Of a stretch of 64,000 bases of DNA, positions 47,993 to 62,000 are shown in pieces. Position 1 is the first letter of the stretch, and every line of letters begins with the position of its first letter. The notes beneath the pieces were generated by a model. The model saw only the letters and a program-made list of their open reading frames with translations, did not search any database and was not told the origin of the DNA. Both the position numbers and the translations under genes were made by a program. Origin of the DNA: Lingula anatina (lineage: Eukaryota > Animalia > Brachiopoda); the NCBI GenBank assembly GCA_051362555.1, contig CM120640.1, positions 63,528,788-63,592,787 of the forward strand, in the 5' to 3' direction.

Positions 47993-49395
47993 CTTGTAAG
48001 ATGCTATAGCGCCTAATGATAGCTTGCGAATGATAATGCGGCTGAGAGTTTTTTCTTCTTACTTTTGATATTGTTGCTTTTTAGTCAAATTTGTGGATTC
48101 TTCAACGTCGTTATTCTGCTTAAAGTCCCTCCTATTGGCTGTCTAAATGCAGGATTCATTTTTTTTAGGTAGCAATCCTACTGTCCACTTAACAGGGCTA
48201 CTTGCTCCAGTGGTCCCATCGTCCGACGACAGTGAAATGTCATTAAAGAAGTGACCCTTTGTTGTTTTCTGCCTTGATCTTTGAGTGAGAGGTCAGACCT
48301 CTCCCAGGCGTTGAGATATAGGGGCAATTATTCCGTTATAACAGCGCAAAGTTTTTGTCCTCAAGCTCAATTATATTATTCTTTAGCACGGTAATTTCTC
48401 ACCAAATCTCAATGAAATCTGCGAATCATGTTCCCCAAAACGATGTTGCATTAGTATTATTTATTTAGTAACACCAGTAAAAAGATTATTCACAGATTGA
48501 AAATGTTATTAGTTCATTTCTTTACTTACACGTGGGTCAATGGCCTGGTGCGAATTTGCATCCTCAATAAAGAAATTGCAATTTTTTTTTTCAGGTACAG
48601 AACTCACCTTCATACACTGTAACAGCAAAATGGACACAAATTATTAACAGGTTATCAAATCATTAACGTTTCTGTTGTGGTTGACTGCCAAAAGACTCGA
48701 GGGGGCCTTGTCACTTTATCAAATCTGTGAGAAGGTTGGCTTGGGGTGGACGCGAAAGACAAGCGATTAGTTTTGACGCGTCTCCTGTTATGCTGACTAC
48801 ACTATTTCTGTCCGTTTTCAAAATCTGTCATTTATTTAACATCATATGCATGCTCTGGTTATACGTGTAACAACCCCTTATCATTACTGATATTTTGATA
48901 AAAAATTACCTTGGAGTTGCCAACGTCTTTAAACTTCTCTCGATATAAAAACTTATATCAAAATTACACAAGGCATAATTGAAAATTAATTAAGTTGTTG
49001 AGCAACACACGGTAATAATAAAAAAATTCCATTTAAACAGTCCATTGTCCTAATTACTCAGTCTATAAAATATGAAGTTTTTAATAAATAGTCTATGGTT
49101 AATTTGATTTACCAATGACATATTGAAGGAATTCCCATTTGAAATAGCACCACTTCCAATGATATAACAGTTTAAAGGAATGCAACGGTTTAATAAGTTG
49201 TAATATATTTCATAGCTCAATCCTAAATTGTGCGAAGTGAGCCAAAGACATCTTGTATTTCCATATCATCAACCAATTTAAACAGTTATCCATGTTTTCT
49301 GCATCCTCTCCAGTCACTTTAAACTCAAATTAGACTGTGTCTAAGACTTGCAAGTGATTAAAATTTAGCAAATTTGTGTACTTTATTTGTGTACA

Positions 49396-51424
49396 TCACT
49401 GTCTTCCAATAGGTGTCACTACCTCCGGGGAAATGTTGATATCTGGCAAAAGTGTGCAAGACAAGACAATGTCAATTTTATCTTCCAGGTTGAAAAGATC
49501 ATTAGTGAGTAACCTTAAATTGTGCGACACATCCTGCAAAGAAAATAATCAAATTTTAGTATGTAATATACAAAGTTGGGAATGCTGTGTTACAGTTAAT
49601 CAGTCAACAAAATATCAGTTCTAAAACACACAAGTAACACTACATATAATACCTATAGCATTTAATTTTAGTGTTACTTAATTTCATTCCATTTCTTTTC
49701 CCACCTGTATTGCATTCTGAGACTTCACCAACTGTAGTGTGGTATTCTTTAGCTCTTTGCTTCCACCAACATACACTTGATGTACAGTGTCTACAAGACT
49801 TCTCCTCAAACTAACATTTCTTTCTCCTGGAGAAGTAAATAATTGATCTGCTATTTTTCTGTTGAAAAGTTTAGTAAAAAATATTGGAAATATAATCACA
49901 GAGAATGCCAGAGGAGACAATAGAAAGCTACCCTGACTGAAAGAGCAATTCTTATCTCTATTATGTCATTCCAAAATTACCCTAGGCTGTGTCAGTTATT
50001 TGATATCATATCAAGAATAATGTTCAAATTACTAGTACTTACTGAGTTTTTTGTGGAGCAATCTGAAAAAGAAAAAGAAAAAATTAATGAAACTACATTG
50101 CAAACAAGTGCATGCAAGCACATGTGGGTGCATGCACGCACACACACAAACACACACACTATTAGTATTTTGAGTTATCTACACTGACTTTGATACATCC
50201 ATGACCTTACTTTGTTATGCATGGACTTACGTGTCATACTTCAATTCTTCTTTTTCAATAAGCCTGGTTTTAGGAGTTATTGGTCCATGTAAGCTGTCAC
50301 CACTTTTACTTGTATCAACTGTTAAAATAAATTCCGTATAGAGTAGTTAAACAATATCATAAAGAAGCATACTTTGGAAAAGAGGTAAGCAATCTCTTGT
50401 ACTTAACAGTACCAGTATATAGCATACAAATCAAATTAAACTATTTTAAAATATTCCAATATATTTACAAAAAGGGGGGCAATCAATCAAAAATGACTAA
50501 AAATATGATACAGTGAATGTTATTTGCAAAATCATTTTACCAAGTACTGTACTATTAACAGTGTGTAATAAAATGTCATCATGAACTAGATGATAGATGA
50601 AGATTTTAATATGTACTACTACATGTATGATAACATTTGTAACTCATTTTAGATAGCAAAAAATTACCATTCAATGGGACCAAGTCTTGGTGATTTGTAA
50701 ATTCATTATCTGTTTCCTCCTCTTCTGACTCTGATGCCTCTCCAGACACTACAACCCCCCTCTAGAATAAAAAACGATGTTAAACAAGATTTAAAATTAA
50801 GAACGCTGCACAAAATCTATAAACAACCACTCATGTTCAGAGAATCACCAGGCTTTTGCTATGGTTACTTTCGACCTTAGACCTTATAGTCTTTTATGTT
50901 GAAAGGCTTACAGACTTATTCTTGACTGTTATACTATCAAATGTTACATTAGTGTCATCTTATTCTTACCCGCATAATTTTTCAAAGCTTCAAAGAATTG
51001 AATGTGCATAATAAAAGATTGACAAGAAATGCCTGACCATTGTAGAAAATAATCATATCTGAGTGTGTAACTCCCCTGTTAATGAATTATTTAGAGTTCT
51101 TACTACTCTACATGTACATGTACATGTAGCTCAATAAAATATTGCGTGTGTGGACAAACAATAAAATTAACAAACAGCATTTTGACACGCTTTTCACATC
51201 AAATGCAGTTAAATGGGTGGGGCCCTGAAGATACTCTTGGGGTGAAAATGTTTGTTGTACAACCACCTGTACCAGTCTACGACTACAAAGCATGCCAAAT
51301 TCCCAACTTTTAAACTTAATCTAACCACATGTTTTGAACTCATAATATTTTCCACTTCTTCATCTTCGTCTGATTCTGAAGCTTCTCCTTGTACAACAGT
51401 TTGAAATTTTGATTGCTGGTCCAT
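49396..51424 (-). CDS. BLOC1S3: BLOC-1 complex subunit 3
   Basis: TVVQGEASESDED and VVVSGEASESEEE, then YDT|LLHKKL|RERNVSLRRSLVD...SQNAIQ|DVSHNLRLLTNDLFNLEDKIDIV...LLPDI; about 6 exons including a 20-nt micro-exon near 50043-50062. Confidence 0.82.
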
Positions 51425-51532
51425 AGCACTACTTCGTCCGATTTTATACCCCGTTTACTCAGAACCCACATCAAAACATCACGAGGAAGCAGACTAAAAT
51501 TATAGTAAACACTAGTTCTTTTGTAGGTGGCG

Positions 51533-51793
51533 CTACCGAAACGACAGCCTTCTCGATATTTGCGTCCTTATCACGCTTCTCTTGATACATCGCCCCCTAC
51601 AGGAAATTAATTGAGCATTCGACACGAAACGTTTGTATTCTTGGACTTGCACCCTAATAATGTCATCCAGGAAGGCTAAAGTATCGTCATCTGATTCACA
51701 CTCCGAGGAAGAACAAACTCCGCAAGCTTCTAGTTCTTCTGATTCAGAATCTAGTAGTTCAGAAGGAGAGAATGCGAAGGTATTTTGAGCCAT
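51533..51793 (-). CDS. Candidate 86-aa ORF upstream of BLOC1S3 (unrecognised)
   Basis: ATG in GAGATGG context; acidic S/E/D-rich N-half and basic C-half; no family recognised. Confidence 0.35.
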   Translation of the reverse strand: MAQNTFAFSPSELLDSESEELEACGVCSSSECESDDDTLAFLDDIIRVQVQEYKRFVSNAQLISCRGRCIKRSVIRTQISRRLSFR

Positions 51794-52099
51794 CTCTTAT
51801 CATGGTCTGTTTAACCTTAATTTTAAATGCCCCTGATGTTTACTGTGCCTTACGCTATATCAGCACTACCATATCCCAGGCCCACAGATTTTACAAAGTG
51901 AATTTTCCTCTCTCACAGTTAAGAGAAGTCCATCATTTAACTAGAGACATATCTGTTAATATCTATAGAAAAATCAATTTGTGGACCTGGTAGATGGCAC
52001 TCAAATGTACATTAAATGATAAACCTTAAATAAAACACTGAGGCAGCGCGTTAGTATAACACAGAAATGCATGTCTGTCTGAAGTGTAGAATATACACT

Positions 52100-54013
52100 A
52101 TGGTATTTGGTGAAGAAAAGTGACCCCTTGAAGAGTTGATTCGAATTTTAAAATTCATATTTTAATCTTGTTTTTGTTTAATTCTTTGTAGGGGTTTATG
52201 TTTCAGTTTATCATTCTATTTGAAAATATTAACTTGTCTACTTATTTTTCTGATTTTAAGAAGTGAAAGTTTTAAAAATTATATACTCAGTATCATACAT
52301 GGAAAATATTATTGATCAATTCTACCCTTATTGCTGTTCATTAAACCATTTGTAAATAACTTTTAAACTATTAAACCTTAGTCATATAGCAAAATATACA
52401 TTTGCATAGTGTTATATTTTGTATGTCATAACAATTATGTTATGATTTCACAAAATTTTAATGATGTTTACATAAGTAAAGGAACAAAGTGAATTGGAGA
52501 TGATCTATATAATTTTATTTATGATGTTCACTTTATCTTTTAGGAATCTAGTTCAAATTCTGAGTCAGAAAGTGCTGAAAGTTCTTCAGAAGAAGAGCAA
52601 GAGGCTGGGGCAAAAAATAGTCTAGATTCTCCTTCAACAAGGGTCTCATCTGGGAGAAAATCTACCTCACCACATGTAAGAAAAACAAAAGCTCAGGATT
52701 CTAGCCCTGGTTCTTCGCCATCCTCATCTCCTAAAGCTAAGAAAAAGACAAGGCATGACAAAAATGTTGGTAGTCCTGAGCAGGGAAAAAACAAAGAAAA
52801 TGTTGAAAGGAATGAAAGAAAAAGGAAAAAAGAGTCAGTTTCTCCTACACCTAAGAGAAAAAGATATAGCAGGGAAAGACAATTTCACAGTCCTACTGTT
52901 GATAGAATCAAAAAAGAAAAAATAAGTGATGATGAAGAACCAAAGTCAGATTGCAGAGTTCAAGATGAACTCATTCATAAAAGAAGACTCAAGGATTCTC
53001 ATAAAAAAGGTTATAAACATGATAGTCCAAGTATTGACAGATCTCCCGAGAGACACAGACATTACCGTCACAGAGAGCAGGAAAGGGATGGTAGATCCCA
53101 CAGAAGAGATGAAATTAGAGGCCGGGATAGAGACAGAGAAAGACACAGGGACCATAGAAACCCACATGATGATCATAGGGAGAGGCATAGAGGGAGAAAG
53201 GATCATAGAGATCATAGGGATGACAGAGATAATAGTAGGGGTGATGCAAAAAAAGACCGCTATGGGAAATGGGAGAGCAGTCAACATGAGGGATCAAGGC
53301 AGAGAGAAAGAGAACGTGACAACAGCCATATGAGAGAACAGAGAAGGGATAGGGAAAGAAATGATCAGCAAAGAAAGGATAATAGAAATCGGCGTGGAAA
53401 TAACCCTTTCCAAAATAGTGCTGATGATGGAATAGAATATGGAAAACCTGCTGGTGACAAAAAGGTGGAGAACAAGGCAGAACCAGAAGACAAGGCTAAA
53501 CCAGACTTTGGTTTATCAGGAAAGTTAACTGAGGACACAAACACTTTCAGAGGTGTAGTCATCAAGTACAATGAACCAGCGGAGGCTAGAAAGCCAAAAA
53601 AGCGCTGGAGACTGTATGTATTCAAGGGATCTGAAGCATTGCCGGTATTACATGTGCATCGTCAAAGTGCCTACCTCATGGGACGGGACCGTAAGGTGGT
53701 TGATGTGCCGGTTGACCACCCATCTTGCTCCAAGCAGCATGCTGTGTACCAGTACAGGCTTGTTGATTTCCAGCGTCCTGATGGAACAATGGGGAGAAGA
53801 GTAAGGCCTTATATAATAGATCTCGGATCAACAAATGGTACTTATGTGAATAATCAAAGGATTGAGGCACAGAGGTATTATGAGCTAAAGGAGAAAGATG
53901 TGCTGAAGTTTGGTTTTAGCTCCAGAGAATATGTCTTGCTCCACGAGAAGACAGACACATCAGAACTGCATGAGGATGATGAGGGAACAGATGGAGAAAG
54001 TGATGGTAGCTGA
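52100..54013 (+). CDS. SNIP1: Smad nuclear-interacting protein 1 (FHA domain; RES complex, Pml1 homolog)
   Basis: Open frame from acceptor 52544 to TGA 54013: S/R/D/H-rich N-terminus, then KPDFGLSGKLTEDTNTFRGVVIKYNEPAEARKPKKRWRLY...HPSCSKQHAV...PYIIDLGSTNGTYVN. An ATG-only first coding exon at 52100-52102 is tentative. Confidence 0.93.
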
Positions 54014-55692
54014 TTTAATGACTGAGAAAATAAAGCATTGCCTCACTAGCATTTGGATCTGAAAGTTGAATTGAATAATGCAATATGAGATACTTGACTG
54101 CTATGTCAGATAATGTTGCTTTTTGACTTACCCCATGAAATGTCCGAATTAGCTATAATTTGTATCATATTTGTACTGCCACTACATGCAACAGATCAGT
54201 AACATGAAAACAACATTCACTAGCTATTTTGGAACCATTATGAAATATGGAGAGACTTTATGAAAGAGCCAAAGTATTGATGAATCACTGCTATTGTCTT
54301 GTAATTACATTATCAGCATTTTATATGTATTAAAGCCAATTATTTTTGGTGAAAAAACATCTATTTGTATCCTCTATTTTAAGTGAATTGTTTTCATTAA
54401 AAACGTTTTACAGTGGCAGCCATAACTATTTACATTAGTTGCTTTAGATCCTGATCTCTTTTATTGACAGTGATATGTAAATTTCTTCTGACAATAATAT
54501 TGAAAACCACATGAAAAGAAAATGGAGGATTTACATATGTAACATTCAATTTACAATACATGTAGATGACTTGTTTTATGGCCATCGAGACTGATCAGCA
54601 CTCAACAATGACTGAAGAGATATTGATAATGTCAGTGTGTCAACATCTGGAATGTCATTTAGTTTGTCATTATTATAATAATTATTATTATTGATTTGTG
54701 ACCCTCATACTTGAAAAAAAAACTGTCCATGTATAACTTGTACAAACAAAGAAGTGTTTTGTTTCTAAGATTATAAATCTGATTTGTTTTTCATATAGGT
54801 GTATGTAAAGGCAAATCCAGAAAAAAAAGGGGGACTCAAGGGTTCACTCCATCCAAAATCAGTCATTTGCTCTCCTTTTGGGGAAAAATAAAAAACTCCA
54901 CATGCTTGAATTATTATTATTGGGAATAAGAACTGTTGGACCAACATTTTAAACCTCAACCTACTTACCTGGTATCCTGGATTTGCAAGTGGGTTGGTAG
55001 GAGGAGGAAACAGCCATTTATTTAATTGTAGAAGTAGAGATTTTCATGTAGACTACTTTCAAATTTACATGAAAATATAGAGAAGCCCCTGGATAGATGA
55101 AGTCAAACTTATTGAGCTACTGAAAAACTGCATCCACATTTCTCCCTATCAAACTTATAAAAAAATCTTTTGATACATTTTTTTAAAATAAATACAAGTT
55201 GAATATATATATCGCCTTTTCTTTTCCATCAAACTTTGGGGGACAAATAAGACCAAGCAATCTTCTTTTAGTGGTTGATCAAAACCTTTCTTTCCCCAGC
55301 TTTTTCTCTTGTCCATTTTATAATTTTATAAAGACGTAAGCGGCAACAGATTTGCTTATGACGCGATAAAACAACTTTGAAGCTGATGTTTGCTCTGTTC
55401 AAAGACAGGTACTGTGCAATGCTTTAGTGATAACTGTATTCGATTTATGTAAGAATAACATTCTTGGTAGTACTAACGTTTAAAACATCAAGGACTGTCT
55501 ATTAAGTCATAATGAACGGTAAGTGATGCACGTGTGTGTGTGTGTTGGGGGGGGGGGGGGGGGGGGTAACGTTAATGTTTCCGTGAGTGAAAGGCACTAC
55601 AAGTTACTTATTTATTTTTAATAAAATACACTTTTTAGTGGAATTGCATTGTAATGAAACAATTAATGTAGAATCTAAACGATGTAACATTC

Positions 55693-55962
55693 CTTATTTT
55701 AACACTCCGAGTCCGAGACTCGGATCTCTATAAGTATAATAATGTATTTATACTCACACCCAGAACGTATATAGTACTATATACAAGAATAAGTGATGCC
55801 CCCTGTAAATGTACAAGTATGAACATGAACTTATTTTAACACTCCGAGAGTCGGATCTCTATAATAATGTATTTACATGTAAGGCCTCTCACACCCAGAA
55901 CGTATTACTACTACTACAAGAATAAGTGATGCCCCCTGTAAATGTACAAGTTTGAACATGAA
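55693..55962 (+). repeat. About 135-bp tandem duplication upstream of the TMTC4 CDS
   Basis: Units 55693-55829 and 55830-55962 (CTTATTTTAACACTCCGAG...GTACAAGT.TGAACATGAA) with small indels. Confidence 0.9.
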
Positions 55963-56073
55963 TTGTGTACTACATTAACACTAACTATTTGAATACTGTT
56001 TTGTCTTTTCAGGGCTGTTAATATGAGATTTATAACATATAAGTTTAATTATAAAAGTTGAAGGCTACTGATA

Positions 56074-59000
56074 ATGAGGAAAAGAGATGCATCATCAAAG
56101 ACAACAATTAAGACTGAGAGAACTCAAAAACAGATAAGTGGATCACAAAAGCGTTCTTGGGATGACTCTTTACCACTTCCAAAGTTGAACTTCTCCGTAA
56201 CAGCAGCAGCAGTGTTTTTACTAGCTGTGCTTTGTTATGCCAACAGTTATGATGGGGATTTTGTATTTGATGATTCAGAGGCTATTATAAATAATGAAGA
56301 TCTTATGTCATCAGTGCCTCTCACAGATTTATTTTACCATGATTTCTGGGGAAGTAAGCTGGCAGGAAACACCAGCCATAAATCATACAGACCATTGACT
56401 GTCTTAACCTTCAGGTAAAAAAGTTTGAATATTTGGTTACATTTGTGAAGAAAAACTTGGCAAAAATGGTCTCACGCAGAGAATTATCTTTTAGAGTGCA
56501 TTCCCATAGATTTAGATCGATCCATCTGGATCGACCTAACTCCCTGGGGGTTCAACCTAAATTGCTGTCAGCCGAGCGCGCACTGTAGTTAATTACCCCC
56601 TTACAGCTTTTAGTAGGTGGGACAGACATTTAAGCCGGCTAAGCTGACAGTAATCTAGTGAGACTCCCCATAGGGATAGATCGATCTAAAATCTGTGGGA
56701 ATGGGGTCTAAGTCTTTGAATGTTAGCAAGCAGTGCATCAAGTACCCTGTAAAGACAAAGCTGTAGATCTGATGGATAGATATCACAACTGAACACATGA
56801 TGTCATATGAGGTTTTGATTCAGCATATAAGTGATGTTGTTTGAATTTTTACAATTTCAGATTGGTAGGAATTCAAATAAATAAAAAACATTACTACATG
56901 TTATCTAAATGCCTTACCAATCTTTTGTAGGTGGAATGCTTATCTAGCTGGTGGTTTATATCCCAAAGGTTTCCATGTCACCAATATCCTCCTTCATGGT
57001 GTTGTTTCTCTCTTCATCCTGCATACTATTGTCATTTTATTTGGTGGGGTAAGGCTAGATGAAAGAGGCCGCATTATGTTTACTGCACCCAAAGCCTCCT
57101 TTCTGTGTGCAATGTTATTTGCAACTCACCCTATACATACCGAAAATGTAAGTTAAATTGCATTGTTACAGTACAAGCGTGTTCTATAATTCAAAAGTTT
57201 TAGATTGTGAAGTGAAGAATTTTGCATAGAATATTCTTTGATTTCAATTTTTTTTCATTTAAAGATAAAACTCAGTGAAATGAAAAATATTTATTAGACC
57301 AGAACCTGGAATATACTCAGTCTGCAGATATATTAAACAGTCATGTTAGTTGTAAGTTCAGAATCATTATAAAAAAACTGTTAATGTTCCTAATTAAGTT
57401 CTTATTCTTTTTTTTTACTATTTTTTGTACATAAACAGTAGTATCAAATGTAAAATAGACAGCAACATAACATGTGACATTGAAGGCAAACAAATTATTA
57501 TTGTTATTTTTATTTCAGGTTGCAGGAGTGGTTGGTAGGGCAGATCTCTTGTGTGCCTTTTGTTTTTTACTGTCATTTTTGTGCTATGTGAGAGCTTGTC
57601 ACTCAGGTTTGTATGCAGTTTCATTGATTTGAAAGGTTTCAGGTATACCCTTTGTCAAAGCTGCCATGCATATAGTGATGTATGATTGAAAATGGCTTTA
57701 AAACCATCCAGATCAAGAACATTGAAAACTATGAGTTGTAACATTGTAACAAGTTAAAGAAGCAGTTGTGTTTTCACCAATGGTCAGTGATTTGCATATT
57801 TCACTTTTCATGAAACCATCACCTGACTTTTGAGCATTTATTTTTCAGATCCTTTACATTTTGGACATAAACCAGAAATCATATCTGTGAGCCATTTACT
57901 AAGCAGTTTGGTGTTGTGTGGCTTATCTGTTCTTTTTAAAGAACAAGGGATTACTGTGATAGTAAGTGGCTATTGAATTTATTTTATTTTGAGCAAATGT
58001 GACTTTGTTCTGTAAAATGCTGTGATGTTCTCAATTTCGACTCTTTAAGTTAATGATAATATATTTAACTTTGGGAGGGGAATATAGTCACCACTCCAAT
58101 TATAAATGATATTTATGGGAATAAATTGTAGTTAAATGTATCACTGTTTTTTATAGGGTGTCTGCAGTGCATACGATATTCTTGTTATCTGCAGAGCTGA
58201 TCCAAAGGAAACTATTATGTCTGTGGTACAAAATTTCACTCAGTCTAACTGTGCAGCTTCTTCAAAAAATCAACAGGTACATGCATTTTGTTAACATGTT
58301 TTTAAAAATAGTGTTTTGTTATTATGGCAAATATTCAGTTTTATTCGACTATAAATAGAAAACAATTGGATTTCAAATTGTTTTCATGACACCTACAGTA
58401 TATCTGACCATTTAAGAAGATAAAATAAAGCTTATAATCAATAAATGGTGATGTCTTTGAGAATGAATTTAGACATTATTTGAAAGCATACTGTATGCTT
58501 TCAGAAATCCAACCAGTGGATCAAGTCCCTGGTTTATCGTCATCTTTCATTACTAGCAGCAGGAGTGACTATTTTAGCGGCAAGATGGCAAATAATGGGT
58601 TCAGCACCACCAAAATTCCAAGAAGTTGATAATCCACATTCCTTTGTGAATGAAACTATGTTAAGGGTAATACTTTGCAATTTAGCATTATTGATATAAA
58701 ATGTGATTATAAACATCTCTTTTGGTTCTAGCTGATATTTAAGAACTGTGCATAATATGTTTTAACTTGTCTTGAACTAAATTTTCAAGCATTAAGAGCA
58801 CTCTACTGGGAATTAACTGTAACAAAATACAGGTAGGCAGTGTATGATGATTATGAACTTTGCCTCTTGATTTTTGTTTTAACTCGCATTTGCATACTGC
58901 AGCTTTTTTTTCTATAGGTCCTAAATTACAGCTATCTCTACAGCATAAATGTTTGGCTGTTGCTGTGTCCATGGTGGCTATGCTTTGATTGGTCGATGGG

Positions 59001-62000
59001 ATGTGTTCCTGTGATCTCAGTCTACACTGACCTACGTCTACTACCAACACTTGCATTCTTGTCAGGCATGGCCCTTCTCTTTTATTACTGTATTTTCGGA
59101 AATCCATCTAGAATCAAAAGGTTAGAGGGATACCTTCCTAGCTTGTAAATAATTAGAAGTTGTATGTGAACACTGTTTGAATTATGTATATCATCATATA
59201 CTTAAAGGTACTTAGTTTGGTTCATATAACAGTTGTCAAAATGTTTTTGGCTGTGTGTAATAGATTGTTGAATATAGTTCTGATAATAAATCAGAAACTG
59301 ACTTAATTGATTTGTCGTTGGACTATGCCCTTATATTAAAGAATATAGTATTGTGCAGATTAGTCATCCATTCATATTTTAAGTGAGTTTCTAAAACCTC
59401 CTGCTGGACTTGTGTTGTTATACTTGATGATGTTATGTCTCCATTGCCAACTATTCTCAGTCTTGTTACAAAGTCAGTCCTTAACAAGACAGAATAATTC
59501 CTGATCACCTATTTTGTCATTGGATCAGCTAAAATCTCAGCAACAGAGACACAATGTCACCAATTTTAATAATATAAAGTTCAATAATAGAAAATGTATA
59601 ACTTTATTCTTGGTTAAGATATGTTTTAATCATACAAATAGATACTTGTTAATATGAATATAAAACACTTATTTTGTTCATTTTCAGGCTCTATGCTCTG
59701 TCTCTTGCCATTCTCATCATTCCTTTTCTCCCAGCCAGCAACCTGTTCTTCCGAGTAGGTTTTGTAGTGGCAGAGAGGGTACTTTACTTGCCTAGCCTGG
59801 GTTTCTGTATGCTGGTCACCTTGGGTTTAGTGCACATAAGCAGAATACAAGCATTGAGGAAGGTAAGTGTCAATGTAAAATTATATAACTAAATTGCTTA
59901 AGATGATTCACTTTTATTGGTTTCAAGACAACATTTTCTGCCACTACTATATGTGTTATTATGAAGTACTTTTTTCCCTGAGATATCAGTTACTGTTGAA
60001 ATGCAGTGAATGAAGAGTCTTCATAGCTGGATGGATTTTAATGATTTTGAATTCCATACTACAGAAATATGACTTCAGAATCCAAGCACATGCCTAAAGT
60101 TGTTTTCTTATTTTCAGATTGCAAAAATTTTTGTTCCAGTAATACTCATAATTTTCATCATCAAATCTATGCAGGTGGGGCTATTTTATCATTCATGCAT
60201 TTTCTAACAAAATTCAGTTGTGTTGTCAAATTAAGAAAAAAATCAATTTTAATGTCTTCATATATACTTTTCAATTGTGGATGACATTTAGCATTATTTC
60301 TGAATACTTCATAGATTAATAAAGGGAAATAAATGTGACTAAGTGTAATTAGGTTTAATGTCAAATTGATCTCATGTCTAGTCTTAATATTGTAACATTT
60401 TCTATTCAGAGAAGCTTAGAGTGGAGATCAGAAAAGGAACTGTTTTTCTCTGGTGCTAAGGTTTGCCCAGGCAATGCCAAGGTGATGAACATTCTGTTAG
60501 TACTGGAGAGATTCTTTATTGTAGCATTATTTTGTTATGGAGAAATGAACATAATTTTGAAAATGATCCAAAAGAGTGAAAGTGTTCCCTTTCTTCAAAT
60601 TTGATTAACCATTTGATTTAACATAAGCTTGTTAAAGCAGGAGCATTGATAATATTAAACTTTTGTCTTTTCAGGTTCACTATAACATTGCCAAAGTGAG
60701 TGCAGATGGAGGAGATACATCTGGTGCTTTAGAGTCCTACAGGCTTGCTATAAGGTATACATGAAAGCATGAGACGGGTTTTCCATCTTATTAAATCATT
60801 GCAGTCCACTCTCCATTTTCATTTATTCACTAGGAGTAAATCGGGGTCAGATTTTTATGTAAGAGTGTTTTTTCCACAGAAGTATACTGCTGTACAAGTC
60901 ACAACAAAGAAATATAAGTGCTTGTCTTTGTCTAATGTACACAATGTTTCTTTCACTGAACACCTTGTTTTTGTTCTAGGTTAAATCCAATGTATGAGCA
61001 AGCCATGAATAACCTTGCCAATATTCTTAAGGACAGGGGTGAGAGTGAGGCAGCAGAGAAGTTGCTTCTGAAGGCAGTAGAGATTAGGTAAGTCCCTGGA
61101 ATGTAGTTTTATCATGGATATCCTGTTTTTCCTTCAACAATTAGAATCATTATTTTGCAGGCACTCCTTAATGTTGAATTTTTGTTCTAAAGGCATTCTA
61201 ATGCTGGGCTAATGAAGTGTTACATTTTAATGCATTACCAAAAGCCAACCACTGCAAACAGCATAGTTATTACAAAACCCAATTTAACTTCCTTGTTAAC
61301 AGTTTTGTTTTCACTTAAAAACCTAGATTTGATGTAACTGATAAAATATCTTTAAGGAGTATTGATATGTTTGTTAAATGTTTTAATCATAAAATAATAA
61401 TATTGCTAGGCCTGAGTTTGCTGCAGCATGGATGAACTTGGGAATTGTACAGTCTGATCTAAAAAAGGAAAAACTGGCAGAACAAAGCTACTTTAATGCC
61501 CTGACGCATAGAAGAAAATACCCAGATTGCTATTATAATTTAGGAAACTTGGTAAGTAAAGGTAACTGTAAAAAGTAAAATGCAATTTGAATGCAATGCA
61601 AATTTCAGGTTTGATTTTTTTTCTTAATTTAAGTGTTAATGGAGTGTAGTGTAGTGTATGTAGTGTATCCTGAGAGGAAGATATCTCATGTTTGGTGTTT
61701 CTGTTTCAGCAATGTCCAACTTAAGCAGTTGTAATTGATGTAACCTTTAATGCATTTCAGTATTTGGAGACAAAGAAACATGATGAGGCCCTTGCAGCTT
61801 GGAAAAATGCGACTTTGCTCAGACCAACTCATCTGAATTCTTGGAACAACATGATACTTTTGTTGGATAACTTGGGTGAATATTATGCTGTAATCTTGGA
61901 GCACATAATGATATCAACTAATACTTTTCTTCTCATTGGAAACAGATTTTGATTTATCTGCATTTAAGTTTAAGAGACAAAACAACACAAGATATGCATG

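Noticed and set aside
45468-47999. 329-aa and 397-aa plus-strand ORFs
   Set aside because: Antisense shadows of the 1260-aa ORF; their F/L/S-rich composition mirrors K/E/S codons.
52926-53333. 135-aa ORF with many Met/Ile/Glu
   Set aside because: Alternative frame of the RD-rich SNIP1 exon.
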